A stretch of 64,000 bases of DNA from Hydrolagus colliei. Lineage: Eukaryota. Positions 37,551 to 51,170 of this stretch are shown piece by piece (position 1 is the first letter of the stretch; the number at the start of each line of letters is the position of its first letter). The stretch spans positions 6,076,001-6,140,000 of the forward strand of contig CM068756.1 of NCBI GenBank assembly GCA_035084275.1, read 5' to 3'. The notes beneath the pieces were generated by a model. It searched no databases. It had not been told where the DNA came from and saw nothing but the letters and a program-made list of their open reading frames with translations. A program made the translations under genes and the position numbers.

Positions 37551-38521
37551 GGCATAGAACTAGCCAAAGAGCAAATTTTTGAGAATGGCATAGTTTAAGA
37601 ATCAGGAGTAGTTTAAATTATTCCCTCATCTTTATGAAACACAAAAAATGAGTCTCGTAACTAGATGTTAATCATTTAGATCATTTCTATTCCTTCACTG
37701 TAAAGCACTTCGATTATACCATGTCTAACCAAGGTTTAAGGAGCATAGAATACATTAGTTTAATGCAAAAGATCAGTGAATGAGTATTGCATAGAACACT
37801 CAAGAGCAATTAGTCCATTCTGGTGTTTATACTCCGAATGAGACTCACTATTCCTATCAATTGGAAATGCAACCAATCTGAATTGTGTTTTATGTCTTGG
37901 AATGGATTTCTGCACAACTGGTTATGTCCTCCCACCACTGTACTCCTCTCACTTCCAATAAGAACTTATAATACTGTCACTCTCACAGAGAAACACAATT
38001 CAGAAGAGAAATCGTGAAAAAGATCAGACTTCTCGTTAAGCGCTAAATAACTAAGATTCTCTGCATTTTGATGTCCGTGGCCAACTCTTTTAACCTGGAA
38101 ATCCATTGTTAAATATTTACTCCCCATATAACCTATAATCTTTCCCACTTGCACTTCCGCCAGATGGTGTTGTGCATTTGAAGATAATAAATACTGTACA
38201 TGGTAACTCACTGAGAATAAATGATAACTGAGATTCACTCAACCATCTGAAAGCCTGGCAAGTCACAAGCCGCATAGGGGCTAGCAAATTATGTAGCTTT
38301 TTTTCTATACAAGTGAAAGAACCTCAATAATAACACATTTTCAGCAAATTATTCCTGCTTATTATTTGAGATTTAAAAAAACACATCTAAAAGCTTCACC
38401 TAACAGTTGACAACGCAAACCTACTTGTTAAATGCATGAAAAATGAGCAAGCCCCCAAACTTGAGTTCTGATAATAATACTAATAATAACTGCTGTATTA
38501 TTAAAATGAACTACACAAACT

Positions 38522-38775
38522 GTATTACACAGAGGGTGTGAAGATGGGGAATGCTCTGCTGAAGAAAGATGGATAGACAGAATTATTGGAGGTGTCTAAA
38601 AGAGAAATAGATACATACTTGGGTAGTAAAAGTATCAAGGACCATGGTGAAAAAACGAGGATTAAAAGAACATTGGGATTAAAAATGATCAAGATCTAAC
38701 AAACTGGGGGAACACTTTATTAATAAACGGACTTGTTGAACTGAATGGCATCATCTTGATCCTGTTTTCTTACTT
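38522..38775 (+). mobile_element. CR1-type LINE 3' end
   Basis: Degenerate FTQRV..WNAL..KREIDTYL pattern followed by a GAACTGAATGGC...TCCTGTTTTCTTA terminus typical of CR1. Confidence 0.65.
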
Positions 38776-39575
38776 CATAATAGTACAAAAATCTGATGTT
38801 AAGAAGAGGTTTAATTGGCCTATCTAGCTTGCTCAGTCAGTTGCCTCAAACTATAGACAGCTTCTATCTTATTAGCACCTTCTGTTCTTCCATTCCATAA
38901 ACCAAACCCCATGTATTGCCTTCAAGCCCTCCCTACAGCCAAGGTGTCTGTTCAGTTCTCAGTGAAATTAGCCACTAACACAATGAGTGGCACTGTGAGA
39001 TAATTTAACAAGAAGATTCTTCTAAACTCGATAGTATTGATTTCCTAAACTTGAGAGCGTGCCCTCTTTTCTTACATTTATTGTTTGTTAGCTTCCACTT
39101 TATTCCACTTATTACTTTAGATTCCCCAAATCACAGTTTTCACACATTGTTAAAACATGCACGCCATTTTTATTTCCCTTTGTTTGCCCTCGGTATCCTC
39201 TCTAATCCCAGGGATCAACTTTGTTGTTCTCTCCTGCCCTCTTTTTAACACATCTATTTCAGGCTCAGAAAAATTCATGTCAATTTTTGTAGGTGTTAAA
39301 TCCCAAGTGCACAGTAAACATGAACCTTTTTAAGTTGGTAGTACAGGAAAATAAACCCATAAACGTCTTTTGTATCAATCCTACTCTGCAAACAGAATAC
39401 ATTGCAGCACTTACCAACATTTTCCATCCCCAAATACTTCATTTGGATGTTCACTTGTAATATGGTCTAATAAACCTCCTTAAAGTTTTCCCCCTCGCTG
39501 CCTTGATGATTCGGTGATCAGCGAGATGATCAGTGGATTGTGAAGCAATTACCTTTATTATATCATTGGATCGAG

Positions 39576-39772
39576 TAATAATAATTATCCTGGCATTTGA
39601 TATAACACCTTATCAAATTGTTGAGACATCTCGAAACACTTCACATGATTTTAGTATCTCTTTGACTGGGTCTTTAATATCCATCTGAACAGGCAGATGA
39701 AACTTCGATTTAACATCCTATACAAAAGGATGGCTCCTCCAACAAACTAGCAGGCTTCCAACACTGCGCTGA
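39576..39772 (-). mobile_element. Deu-domain SINE remnant with L2-type tail
   Basis: (TAA)n-TCCTGGCATTTGATATAACACC tail plus GTCTTTAATATCCATCTGAACAGGCAGATG...TTTAACATC core. Confidence 0.65.
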
Positions 39773-39943
39773 TTAAAGAGGTGGAGGTTTTACGCTTAAC
39801 TCCAGGAAAAGTGAGAAACAACTCGCTCCAAAACAAGGTGCTATTGTACTGTATTATTTAACAGAAAGATACCTACACTTTAATGGGTGTATTTTTACTG
39901 GGGGTTGGTGGGTGGTTTGTCTGGTATTACCAATCTGTTGCCC

Positions 39944-40254
39944 ATAATAATAATAATCTTTGCATTTGATAATAGTCCTTTTCACATCTTCAAGATGTCT
40001 CAAAGCGCTTCACGGAATATACAGCAGAGTAGATTGACCGCAAATTGTGGGCAAAACACGGCCGCCAATTGAACACAGCAGTGTCCCACAAACAGTCGTG
40101 GATTGAAATGACCAATTCATTATTGGGTTTTTTCTTGAGGGATTATTACTAGGCATGTGGAGTAAGGAAACTTGCCCAAGGTTACCTGCCTGGAATCAAA
40201 CCCAGGTCTCTCGTTTATAAGGCGAGTGCTCTAACCACTGAGCTACAGGACTCC
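39944..40254 (-). mobile_element. Full-length tRNA-derived SINE
   Basis: Minus strand starts GGAGTCCTGTAGCTCAGTGGTTAGAGCACTCGCC (intact A box), B-box-like GGTTTGATTCC, ends (ATT)n. Confidence 0.92.
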
Positions 40255-42975
40255 ACAAGAGTGTGAACTGGGAACAAATGGTGCAGAAAGTTCTACTATC
40301 TCAATACGATTATCTTGGAGCCTGAGTTGTCAATATTGGAAACATAACGGGCATCAGTCTCTATTTGACCACAGCAGGGAATAAATTTGATATCACACTA
40401 AAATATGAATAATTGTAATTGTTTGATGTAGTGCCCAGTTGAGATCACCATTCTGTTTATATGTGATGTAACACAAATCTCTTGCCATATTCTTATGCAG
40501 AGTTTAGTCTGTGTTTGTCTTCAGCTGATGATGGGACAGTAAGACGAGAGTGTAAATAAATATGGTATAAGTTTAGCTTCTGTGTAAAATCACAGGAGGA
40601 TCATATTTTGCTCGGGGCCTTTGTTTGTCTGTTTTAAAGGGGAGATCCGAATAAAGTAATAAGGTATTAATGCACCAGGCATTTCTTGAAACATTTATTC
40701 AATTGTTGATTGCCTTGTTCCTGAACACATAGTTACATGTATTACCTCCTGGTGTTCTGTGGACAGGTAGCAGGCAAACAAGTAAGACCTCAGCACAGAA
40801 AGGAAGAGGCTTAAAGTGCTGTTGCATTTCATGCATCTTCACAATGTTTTTGTGTGTGTCTGTATCAAAACTCGTCACACACATGCTCCAAAGGAACAGT
40901 TTGACATTGTTGACACCGACGATTGATTTTAAGTTGGGAAAAACAGTCAGGTGAATAGGAAGAAAGAAAAGATGGCATGTAGAGCGAGACAGGGTATAAT
41001 TAAAGGTAAGCAGAATGGAGCATAGACTGATACACGAGCCGGTAGTCAATTATGAAGGGATACCAAGCAGGATCCGAGGCACAATCTACTGCACATTTCA
41101 GAGAGGCAGAGGCGGGTTTGTATGGAAACACATTTCCGAGCTCCACAGGATCTGAGACATTTGTCACATTTGAAGAACTTTGCAAAGTATTCAACTCTGC
41201 GTCCTGAGGCTGACAGGAGGCAGACGTTTTCCACTAGTATACAGTGTTTATACTATTTCTCTATTAGTCTTGAGGATAAGTGCAAATCCTGCCTTTGGTG
41301 GTTGCAAACTCCGCAGAACTTGAAGGCATGTTCTGTGATTCCGGGCTTCCTATTCTATTTGCAGCTTTTTAAATAAGAATGCATCTTCTGCTTGTGGGAT
41401 TTATACAAATTGAATGCTAGTACTGTAGTACAAATCACACCCATGTTCCTGCATGCCATTGATGGCTTCAGTTATTTATTTTTCTTCATTTTTATACTTT
41501 TCCCTTGGCTCCTTTACTTTCTTTCCCCCCCCCCCAAATGTTTTCTTTGCTTTTTGACTGTCTATGTTGCCTCCCTCGTTGCTTTGATTCTACTTCCCAC
41601 CCCACCACCACCCCCACCCAAATATTTAGAGCAGGTTCCGTTTAAGTCCAGCGATGGTCCTGGTGAAAAAACTAGAAGGAAACAAGGCGTGGTGTCACAG
41701 ATCAGAAGGTGAAGAAAAGCACTGAGTACAAAAAAGCAGAGAGAGATGTGAACACACCATGGAAGTCCTTTGAGGAAATATCTTCGTCACAAGGGATTAC
41801 AGGGGTTGAAAGTGGAAATATGGCGATAGACCAATAAATAAGTCAGTGAGAACAGTTTGGAAGTCAGACCATTCTAACCTCACCGAATCCATGGATCTGT
41901 TTCAGCTTCCACTTGCAAAATGATCAACTTTGCCGGGTGCAATCCTCATATTAATCCATTAGGTGGTGCTCTTACTGTTTGTCACCACTTCCACAGAACA
42001 ATAAAAAAATTAATTTACTGAAGGTTTATTTGTGATGTGCATGTAAAATGGAGCCGGGTGTAGATTTAACAATGAAGCAATGTGTTTTTCCAAGCTTCTT
42101 GTATCCTGCAGTTAAATGAATCATTTTCTCACAGACTGATCTGAATACAGTTTCTGGTCAGTTTAAGGTCACCCCAAACCATGTTACTGTGAGATAAATT
42201 CAGATATTTTCCCTATTCTTTATCTGTCTTCTTGATATGAATTTCAAACCTTAACATAAACGAAGCATTGGTTGACATGCTATTTCCGCTGACTGAACTT
42301 AAAGCGTATCATTTTACATATTACACACAGATAATTCTGTAAAAATATTACTTAGCTGCAGCTGTTGTCACCATGCTCTTAACAGCCATATGATTCAATT
42401 AGAGCATGGCATATCAGAAGCTCTAAAGCCTTTATGCATTAGACTAGTTTCACTAATCTGCATGGCTGTTGCCTTGCGCAGTATTTGAGACTAGTACAAT
42501 TCCATTTTCCACAACATATTTGGTGACTCTCTGAGTTTGCAGTCGAGCAAGTTGCAAAACGCACAGTGATCAAGCGGGTAATATTCAATTAATAAAATAC
42601 TACTTGCGTTTGATATAGTGCCTTGGCTCATCAGAACTGCTCAGGATGCTTCACACAATGGGTTACACCTCAGGTAAGGATGAGGCCAAGCTTGAAGAGT
42701 CTGCCAACACTCACTGTTCACACATTGCAATACGGATTGCCACTCAGTTTCGGGACCAGCAAAAGGCGCCACCTCCACAAAGCCATTTGATTTGCAAGCT
42801 TCAAGAAACAGGTCATCACAAATCCCAACAGTCAAAGGCTTTTAAGAGTACCAAGCCAGAAGTCACAAAGAACTCAAAAAATCTAGTTTACGAATCGTGC
42901 AAATTCGATCCAAAGTGCAAACATTTGCTTTCAATCGATGACATTGGTTCTATGTCTCTGGATCCATTTGCATTT

Positions 42976-43092
42976 ATAATATAATAATAAACCCTTGCAT
43001 TTGTTATAGCTCCTTCTCACGTCTTCAAGATATCGCAAAGCGCATCACAGAATATAGTCAAAAGAATTGACTGCGTGTTATGTGGGCAAAAC
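42976..43092 (-). mobile_element. SINE 3' fragment
   Basis: CCTTGCATTTGTTATAGC...AAAGCGCATCACAGAATATAG...GAATTGACTG...TGTGGGCAAAAC. Confidence 0.8.
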
Positions 43093-44095
43093 AATAAGGA
43101 TGGCTTTGGACAGCATGTTAAACAGAAACCCCAAACCTTCACTTTGCTGCCACACCTTAATGCAAACGATAATTTATGGGAAAATGCAAAAATGGGAAAC
43201 AGATACATATTTATTAAGAGCATGCGGCGTTGAGCTGGTTACACCCTTAAATAGTCATGCACAACAGGGAGCAGCTGTTTTCAAATCTTATAATTAAAAA
43301 AAAAGCTATAAGACTGCACAGATGATAATTAGACTTGGCGTTCTTCAGTCACTACTGACTTTCACTGACAAAACCGTCTCTCTCTAGAACAAATTTGTTG
43401 CTTTGCTTCTTATCAACTACATTTTTTTGGTACCATCTATGCAGCTGAATTGTTTCTAGATCCTAGCTCTGCTGAGTTGGGCTGGCTTTCACAAATCTGT
43501 TTCTCATTAGCTGTAGTTTACTGAATTACACTACTTAGTGCTCAGCAACCAACACGAGAGGCCCCGACAGTGAAAAAGGAAATCACCAGATTGTCCCCTG
43601 AATTAGTAGCATCACTGGCACTTAACATGGAGTCTCGCAATTCCCGCTGCTTGTATCTCAAGTGTTTGATGCTGGGTTTAAACTCTGTCACCTTCTGCAC
43701 AATAAGAGACGTTCAAATGGGGGTGCCGCCCCTCGCACTGCTGAAGCTTTTGACTTCCAAAAATCCTGGGATTTTACAACTTTATTCAGGGTATGGGTAT
43801 GACTAGTGATGGGTACAGCTCCCATCCTCGTATTGACCTCACACACAGACCCTGTGTGACACATCCTGTGCACACTTGTTAGCACATGGAGAATAATTTT
43901 TTCCCCATTTAGCCTCCAATTAAATGACAGTAGCAGATGCTTGAAATGGCACCCCAGTGTCCAAGAAACATTGGTGCTTCTGAGGAACCGTGGCATCTTT
44001 TCTCTCTCTCTCTCTCTCGGACATGTATCCCTGGCCTGTGACTATGTCCATTTGAAACAAGGTTACCTCTAAAGACTATTCTGATGACTATTCCA

Positions 44096-45046
44096 ATGAC
44101 ACCCAACTCTGCCTTTCCGCTTCCACCCTCGACTCCAGGACTACGAGTGTTCTGACTGTGTGTCTGTACGACATTGAGTCCTAGACGAGGGACAACTTCC
44201 TCCAACTAAACGTCAACAAAATGGAGGCCCTCCTGATTGGCTCGCGTCAGTGCCTCCGCACCTCACGCGCTGGCAACATCAGCTTTCAAGGCTGCACTCT
44301 CCACCTCTCGAAGCCAGTCAGAAATCTGGGCGTCTTGTTTGACCCCAAACTAGCCTACCTCCCCAAAATCCGCGCCATGACCGGTAGAGCCTTCCACCAC
44401 CTCCACAACATTGCTAGACTCCGCCACTACCCCATCCCCTACCTCATGCTGCTGAAACACTCATCCAAGCTTTCCTCGACTACAGGAACTCTCTCCTCAT
44501 CGGCCTTCCCAGCTCCTCCCTTCACAAGCTGCAGATTATTCAGAACTCTACAGCTCGTGTACTCTCCCGCACTAGGCTCCGCGACCACATCACTCGCCCG
44601 TCTCCACTGGCTCCCCATCTCCCAGAGGGTCGAATTCAAGATCCTCATCCTCACTTTCAAGGCCATTCACGGCCTTGTCCTCGCCTATCTCTCCAATCTA
44701 CTGGCTCCCTACCAGCCTGCCCATCCCCTCCGTTCAGCGGCCTCTGGCCTGCTCCATGTCCCCCGCCCGAACCATCCTACCATTGGTGGCCGGGCTTTCA
44801 GCCTCTCTGCCCTCACACTCTGGAACTCCATTCCTCCCTTTCCTCCTTTAAGGCCGGTCTCAAGACCTTCCTCTTCAACCATGCCTTTTGCTCCCCTCCT
44901 AACTCTCACCCCTCTCCTACTCTCCTTTCCCCTACCCCAATCCTACCACACCCACTTGGGTCCCGCCCTAAACTGTTCAGCACCTTGGGACGTCCTCCCG
45001 ACGTGAAAGGCACTCTATAAATGTAATTTTGTTGTTGTTGTTGTTG
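44096..45046 (+). mobile_element. 5'-truncated L2 LINE (decayed RT C-terminal region, 3'UTR, (GTT)n tail) with 7-bp TSD
   Basis: Translates to DTQL...CLYDIES*TRDNFLQLNVNKMEALLIG...VRNLGVLFDPKL...LHNIARLR...LHWLPISQRVEFKILILTFKAIHG...GRAFSLSALTLWNSIP, all L2 ORF2 motifs, with a stop and frameshifts. TATTCCA flanks both ends (44089-44095, 45047-45053). Confidence 0.95.
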
Positions 45047-45092
45047 TATTCCAGGTAAGGTCTGACCAAAGCACTATATAGCTTCAGTATAA
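45047..45092 (-). mobile_element. CR1 ORF2 fragment interrupted by the L2
   Basis: The minus strand reads ILKLYSALVRPYLE, the CR1 LY..LVRP.LEY motif; a degenerate continuation lies left of the L2 (about 44040-44095). Confidence 0.7.
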
Positions 45093-45214
45093 GGTCTGGG
45101 GAATCTGAATTTAATTGTACACTCTCATGTAATGGGTTGAAATTTTGCAGTAGAGAATTTCACAATATCATAGTTGGTAAAAATTTGTGTTAAACTGATT
45201 CCCAACCAAGAATA

Positions 45215-45530
45215 TCCTTGGGTCTGTTCTGAGTAACTGATCAATTGGTCCTACAAGTGGCATCAGAGTCCACGGGGCAAATAGGGTGTGATGTAAATCA
45301 GACAGGTTTCTGTTCATGATCACTAGCCAATGACTTCCAGCGGAAGGCAGTAAAGTAGAATTGTGTTTGGCTGTGATAACTACCTAAATTGAATAGTGAA
45401 CCAATAACTCTCACCTTCTTGCTCACACATGGAAAACACCTCATTGAGCGAGGTACTCAAAGGCGACTAGCAGAGACAAGCTTACCACATGTCAGTGGTT
45501 TCAGAAGAGGAGAAAAGAGAAGGAGAGAAT
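45215..45530 (+). mobile_element. Ancient SINE, AmnSINE2-like
   Basis: TTGGCTGTGAT...TTGAATAG...GCTCACACATGGAAAA...CATTGAGCGAGGTACT...TTCAGAAGAGGAG resembles the AmnSINE2 consensus as I recall it; unverified. Confidence 0.5.
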
Positions 45531-45955
45531 AGAAGAGAAGAAAAACATACAGGTTAAAAATAATTCAGCTCGAAAGAAAAACATTTCAAATCTCAAACAC
45601 CAGTCTTACTAGTTAGACATGTTTGTACTACATTCTTGATTTTCATTACTATACTTGTGAGCGTGAAAATAAAGTAAACCAATGGACTGTGCACAGAGTA
45701 TAGATCAGACATGGTCAAAACTGAAACAGGGAAGCAAGTAGTGAGGATAATACATGAATAAGGCTCCTCATCCAGCCTCTTGGCTTTAGTTTAAGCCCGA
45801 TCTTCTATTACATTAAATCCTATTTAAATACTACCATTTCAATTTTAATCAACATAATATTTGTATGATCAGAGTTTACAAATGGGTATTATTTGAGGCT
45901 TTAACCTTTCAAAAATAATACTGCATGTACATTCTTTCTTACTGCGCTTCTACGT

Positions 45956-46267
45956 GGGAGTCCTGTAGCTCAGTGGTTAGAGCACTCGCCTTACAAGCGT
46001 GAGATCTGTGTTTCAAATCCAGGTAGGGCGAAACTTAGGCAAGTTTCCTTACTCAACAAGCCTGATAATAATCCGTCCAAATAAACTATAATAAATTGGT
46101 CATTTCAATCCACGACTGTTGTGGGACACTGCTGTGCACAATTGGCTGCCGCGTTTCGCCCACAAATATTCAGTCAATTCACTTTACTGTATATTCTGTG
46201 TAGCATTTTGAGACATCTAGAAGACTGAAAAGCACTATATCAAATGCAAGGAGTATTATTATTATTA
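45956..46267 (+). mobile_element. Full-length tRNA-derived SINE
   Basis: GGGAGTCCTGTAGCTCAGTGGTTAGAGCACTCGCC head, TTCAAATCC B box, body and CAAATGCAAGG-(ATT)n tail. Confidence 0.92.
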
Positions 46268-47276
46268 CTTATGTGTGTGAATTAAAGCGTCAGCTAATAA
46301 TGAGGAGAAAGGCATTGGCTGGGTAAAAGCTTCCCACAGCAGGATCGGTTTGGGTGGGAGATACAGCCAGTATGAATGCAGATTCATCAATGCTGAACCT
46401 TCACCACACCTTTACCTACATTGTTATGATGAGCTCACACTTACTTTGATATAATGATAGCATTTGCATGTGGCAAAAAAACAGGAGACATTTTGATATG
46501 CTTGAATATGCGGGTGACAAAGAATAAGCACAAAATGCATAAAATGCTGTGCTGTTATTGTAATTTTAGCAAGGCTGTCTACATACACAATATGAAGCTT
46601 TGACAATGTGTTATCTAATTGTGGTTTGTTACAAGTAATGATAAACATCTTCCAGAAATCTGTCACTTTCAAAAGTCGTTGATTTCCCCCCCCACCAACT
46701 CTCCCGTTCCAGGCAGAATTAATATTAGTGTTCCTTCAGGAAAGAATTATCTTACTGGGGCAACTTAGCTACACTTCATTATACCTGAGGTAGATGCAAA
46801 ATGGAAAATCACATAAAAATGCTTTTTTTCACCAGATCATGGTTTAAGACTTTTTCAAGGAAAGAAGGTTTTGAGTATTGAGTCAGCTTAAGTTCCTTTA
46901 TAATGGGATCTCCCATTTTAAGAGATAACTAGTACTAAGTGAACAGGGTGTTGTAGGTCACACATTAAGGTTAATACCACATTTACAGTATAGTGCACTT
47001 ACTTAAGAAAGCACTTAATTGTAACCTCTGGTTACGTTGGCAGTTTAGAGTGCAAAGCGGTTACTGCAGCACAAGATCCTGACCGAAAATATTTGTTTTA
47101 TGCTGTGGAGGCTCCACTGAATCTGAAGTAGCCTGAGGACCCTGAGGTGGTGGGACCCTGACCTGTGCATCCAGTCGGGTCATGTCCAAATACATTGGCA
47201 GCATTCAAACTGCACAATCGTCAATCAGTCATTCACAGGCTGCAAAATGTAATTTCAACTCTACTGCTACTTTACC

Positions 47277-47495
47277 AATAATAACCCTCGCATTCGATAC
47301 AGTGCTTTTCACACTGGGAGGCCGTTCCAAAGCGCTTCACAGAATTCACTGTTAAGCGCAGTCATCGTGTCTTTTGTACGCCATCACGAAAGCCAGTTTG
47401 CACACAGTGATGTCCCACAAACAACCATGAGGAGAACGATAAATTTTATTTGGGAGATTAATGGCCGAGACATCAGGGGATAAACTCCCCACACA
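47277..47495 (-). mobile_element. Old SINE (Deu-like core with L2 tail)
   Basis: AATAATAACCCTCGCATTCGATACAGTGCTTTTC...CAAAGCGCTTCACAG...GTCCCACAAACA...TGGCCGAGACATCAGGGGATAAACTCCC. Confidence 0.65.
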
Positions 47496-47889
47496 ATTGG
47501 CTGGTGATAGACCCCTTGCATTCTCTGGAGGCAATCCTCCACAACCAACCAGTAAGGTCATGGGAGATTGGAGCATCTGTGGTCAGCGCTGCAAGAGTGA
47601 CCCACTGATCAATGTATCTGATCATCATTTCCTCAAGTGGGCTGAAGGCTGTGATTTTCCCATCCGCAGGGTTAGCAGTGCCTTCTGCCTGATTTACACT
47701 GCAGCACTGTTGCGGAAAGAAAGGTTGCGGGTGGCAGCAATACAAATGCAGCGTTACATTCACAGCATCACAACCGTTCGCTAAGAAACGCTAACCTTCA
47801 CTCCAATGTCAAGCGTCCATCTTGCTGTCAGAGTAGTTGCTGCAGTCAGAGGAGGTGTTCATGTTGAAGGTGAGGTAGCGGTTCTTGTT

Positions 47890-47954
47890 TCAAGTACTCT
47901 GAGACGTTACTTTGTGTGAGGGCCACAAAATAAATGCAAGTAGTTGTTGCTGTT
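47890..47954 (+). mobile_element. L2 tail remnant
   Basis: CTCTGAGACGTT...ATAAATGCAAGTAGTTGTTGCTGTT. Confidence 0.55.
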
Positions 47955-48304
47955 ATAGGGGCTGTTCCTGTTTCAGTTGGGGTGGGGGGTAATCTCGTGT
48001 CATGCCAAGCCTGTGTTAGAGATGGGGGTAGGGGGTGTGAGGGTTTTGCTACTGTTACATGGGCTGCTCATGTTACACAGGGTGGGGGAAACCTTTGAGA
48101 CTGTGTTCCTCATAGAAGGGATTCTGCTCACAACACTTGTTTATATTAAGTGGGTTGGTAGGCAAAACAGTGCCAGCCCACCCACCGACAAGTAAAGTTG
48201 GACAAAGTTAAAGACAGCCACTAACTGCACTAACTGTTGGGAGTCTGTACTTATGGAGAAAACACAGCATAGAATTGGTTTTATTTGCTGTTTGGAACTG
48301 ACGC

Positions 48305-48461
48305 TAATAATAATAATAATCCTTGCATTGATATCGAGCCTTATCACGTCGTCTCCGGAATAGATTGTGAAGTGAATTGACTGTGTATTTTGTGGGCGAA
48401 ACGCAGCAGCCAATTGCGCATAGCAGTGTCCCACAAACAAATGTGGATTGAATGACAAAAT
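48305..48461 (-). mobile_element. SINE 3' half
   Basis: (TAA)5TCCTTGCATT...GTGAATTGACTGTGTATTTTGTGGGCGAAACGCAGCAGCCAATTGCGCATAGCAGTGTCCCACAAAC. Confidence 0.85.
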
Positions 48462-51170
48462 CGTTATTCTTTTTTTAAAATAAATTATGATATGGTGCTG
48501 CGCCTCCTTGGCCACCAGTTGGCTGCAGTTGAAGTGATAAAATAACGCTGGCAGCTCAGCAATGAGGAACTGTTCATCCCCTGAATAACGGAGCTGAAAT
48601 CCTGAGATGCTCTTCTAATGTGATGAAAATTCAGGTCAACGTTTGAGCTCTGCTAACCGGGGTTAGTGGTATAGATTGTGAACCATGATGGCAATGCTGC
48701 TTTTGTGGCAACACCAAGGGGATTTTAATGTTACCTTTCATGTAATACACAGAGAGGTAAGGAGCCTGTATGAGAGGTGGGGAGAAGCTGCTTTAAGTCC
48801 ACAGTTCCTTGCTTGTATTCCCTTTCACGACTCCAGTTCTTAATTGAATTCTATTGTGAATAGTGGGCGAAGTTTGCGGAATTTCACAGCATGTTTGGTG
48901 TGATAATTATCACCACAGAATTTACTGCCCAAAAAGCTTTGGTTGATACTCAGCTTGGCTGACGTTCAGTAAAATACTTACCACATTTACATTTATTTTT
49001 AAGAAACATGTACAAATTTACACAAGCCCCTAAATTGAATACTACAATTAGAGAAATTATATATAGTGTGAAAGCGATTGTAATAAATTGTTCTTGATGC
49101 ATTCAGCACTGATAGTCAATTTGCAAACCACCAGTCTGGTTAAAACTAACTAACAATATGTGCCTATTCATACTGGATAGACTACAATTGCAGTACATTT
49201 GGATGATTTTTATATGCCTTCGTAAATAGCTCCAAAGAGGGCCATCTTTGTGAAAGAATGTGTAGACTCGTGGGAAAGATGCATCTTACTTAAACAAGGA
49301 ATGTGTTTAGGTAAATAATGTATCATTACCTTGTTAAAACTACAATGCCAGTCAACAATAGGAGCTTATTGACTTTGTCACTGTAGGTATATTGTGGTTG
49401 AAAGAACCAGAGTTATAAGCAAGATAATTTTGTAGCGCATTCAAGGTCGAAAATGCACTTCTTTGGTCAATAGCCTATTTATAAGCCCGCCACTTATAAA
49501 TCTATACATCACTGTTGGGAGAAAGTAATTTTAAAGTGCCGTGAATCTGTGAAGTTCCTCCTAAACTCTCTTATGGATTTTAGACTAAAAACAGAGGCAC
49601 AGATCATTACTGAGAACAAATTGTTAAAACTCCACACCCACTGCAGATCACTTCTACTGCTCTCTTTCCTCAATGACTACTGAGATTACGTATGTCAAGA
49701 CGCATAGCAATCTCACTCCGGAGTTTTTACACTGCAAGATTGCTTTATAAGGGATCTCCTGCCATTTGTAACAGGAATTATAATGAACAGATTTGTCAGT
49801 TATGGCTGAGCAGAAAAGCTGAACTACCATTATTGGGCAAACTGGTCAAGTTATTGCACAAGGAAAATTATTAGACTGGACAGCAATAAGCTTTTATGTG
49901 CTGTTTTTTTTAAACATTCAGTGCATTATTTCTTAAACCAATATAAATGACATTTCACACCCTGTCGGTGAATTGCTGTATTACACAGATGTAGCCCTCG
50001 TATGCAATATATAAATGTCTGCTTTTTAATAAAAGATTAAATGAAAACAATTTTGTTGCACTACACGTTTTTGGTACATCATGGAATGAGAGAGATGGAT
50101 TTCATAATAGAGAAGCAGATTGTGATTAAGGTTTCTAGTTAAAAGAATGGTGTTTCTCAGCATGTGTGCACACTAGACATTAATGTACATAGTACCCAGT
50201 GACAATGTCACTGTGCAGGAGTTAACCTCGAAATACCTCAAAATAAGCTTGAGTTGAAATGATCCTATCAAGCTCTAACATCAGTTGTTTTGCATTTTCT
50301 GACACTGATCAACTATGTACAATAATTTGTAGATAGAATAAGTGTATTTTAATAGCAATGCACTCAAACTGCAAGAGTCAAAAGTAGAAGCGATCAGTTA
50401 ATCCCTAAATTTGTTTTCAGCCTTTACTTCTATTGTTACTGTTACATTTTACATTCAATTAAATTGCGTTTGAAACAGTGAAATGCATAATGATGAAGTA
50501 CAAATCAAAGACAGTAATTTATACTCTAGGTTTAACTTAATATCTTTCTTTACTACTAAAATGAAACTATATGCTTTCCTGCAACGGGCTAAATACAATC
50601 TGTTTCATGAGCGCTCTCAATCATGCAACCAGTCTGGAAATATGGACTTGCAAGCCAATTGCTAATTTATTCAGATTTTTTTAAAAAACACATGTAAGCC
50701 ACAAAGACCTTACATTTTTGAGAAACCAATGTGTTGACAGTATTTTAGGAGAATTTATGCATTATGACTCGCAGACTAAAATCATCACACAAAACTGTTG
50801 AAAAGTTCATTGCTCGGTGATTAAATATACAAAAAAATCTGTTGAGATTCAATTTTTTTAATTCACTGAAAGGAGAAAGAGCTCCATACAAGTGATTTAA
50901 TAGTAGCTACGGGATTATATAAATAAGGCCACTTTTACACTACACTGGGGGAATATAGCGTTAGGTCTGTTTTTTCCGAGATGTGAGGTCAGTGGGGGAG
51001 AGTAAAGAGGGAATATCTTACTTCTGGTCGTGTTGCTGTGAGTTTCATTGAGATGCGCTGAATGCTGGATCATGGCTTCCAAATGTCTTGAAAGGTGGTT
51101 TTGTGCATGGGGATACTGCAGCGATTAGCATGGGCTAGTGACTCAGACAGCTGCAAGAGTTTGTTTAAAT

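Noticed and set aside
44221-45006. 261-aa ORF as a host gene or active reverse transcriptase
   Set aside because: It is a decayed, 5'-truncated L2 ORF2 with frameshifts and a stop just upstream, and it lacks most of the RT domain.
45956-46030. tRNA genes at the SINE heads (also 4722 and 40180-40254)
   Set aside because: A and B boxes are present, but the sequences continue into SINE bodies and tails and do not form a proper acceptor stem.
50197-50213. Short palindromes (CAGTGACA-A-TGTCACTG; also the 9-bp stem near 21505-21530)
   Set aside because: Stems of 8-9 bp are expected by chance in 64 kb.
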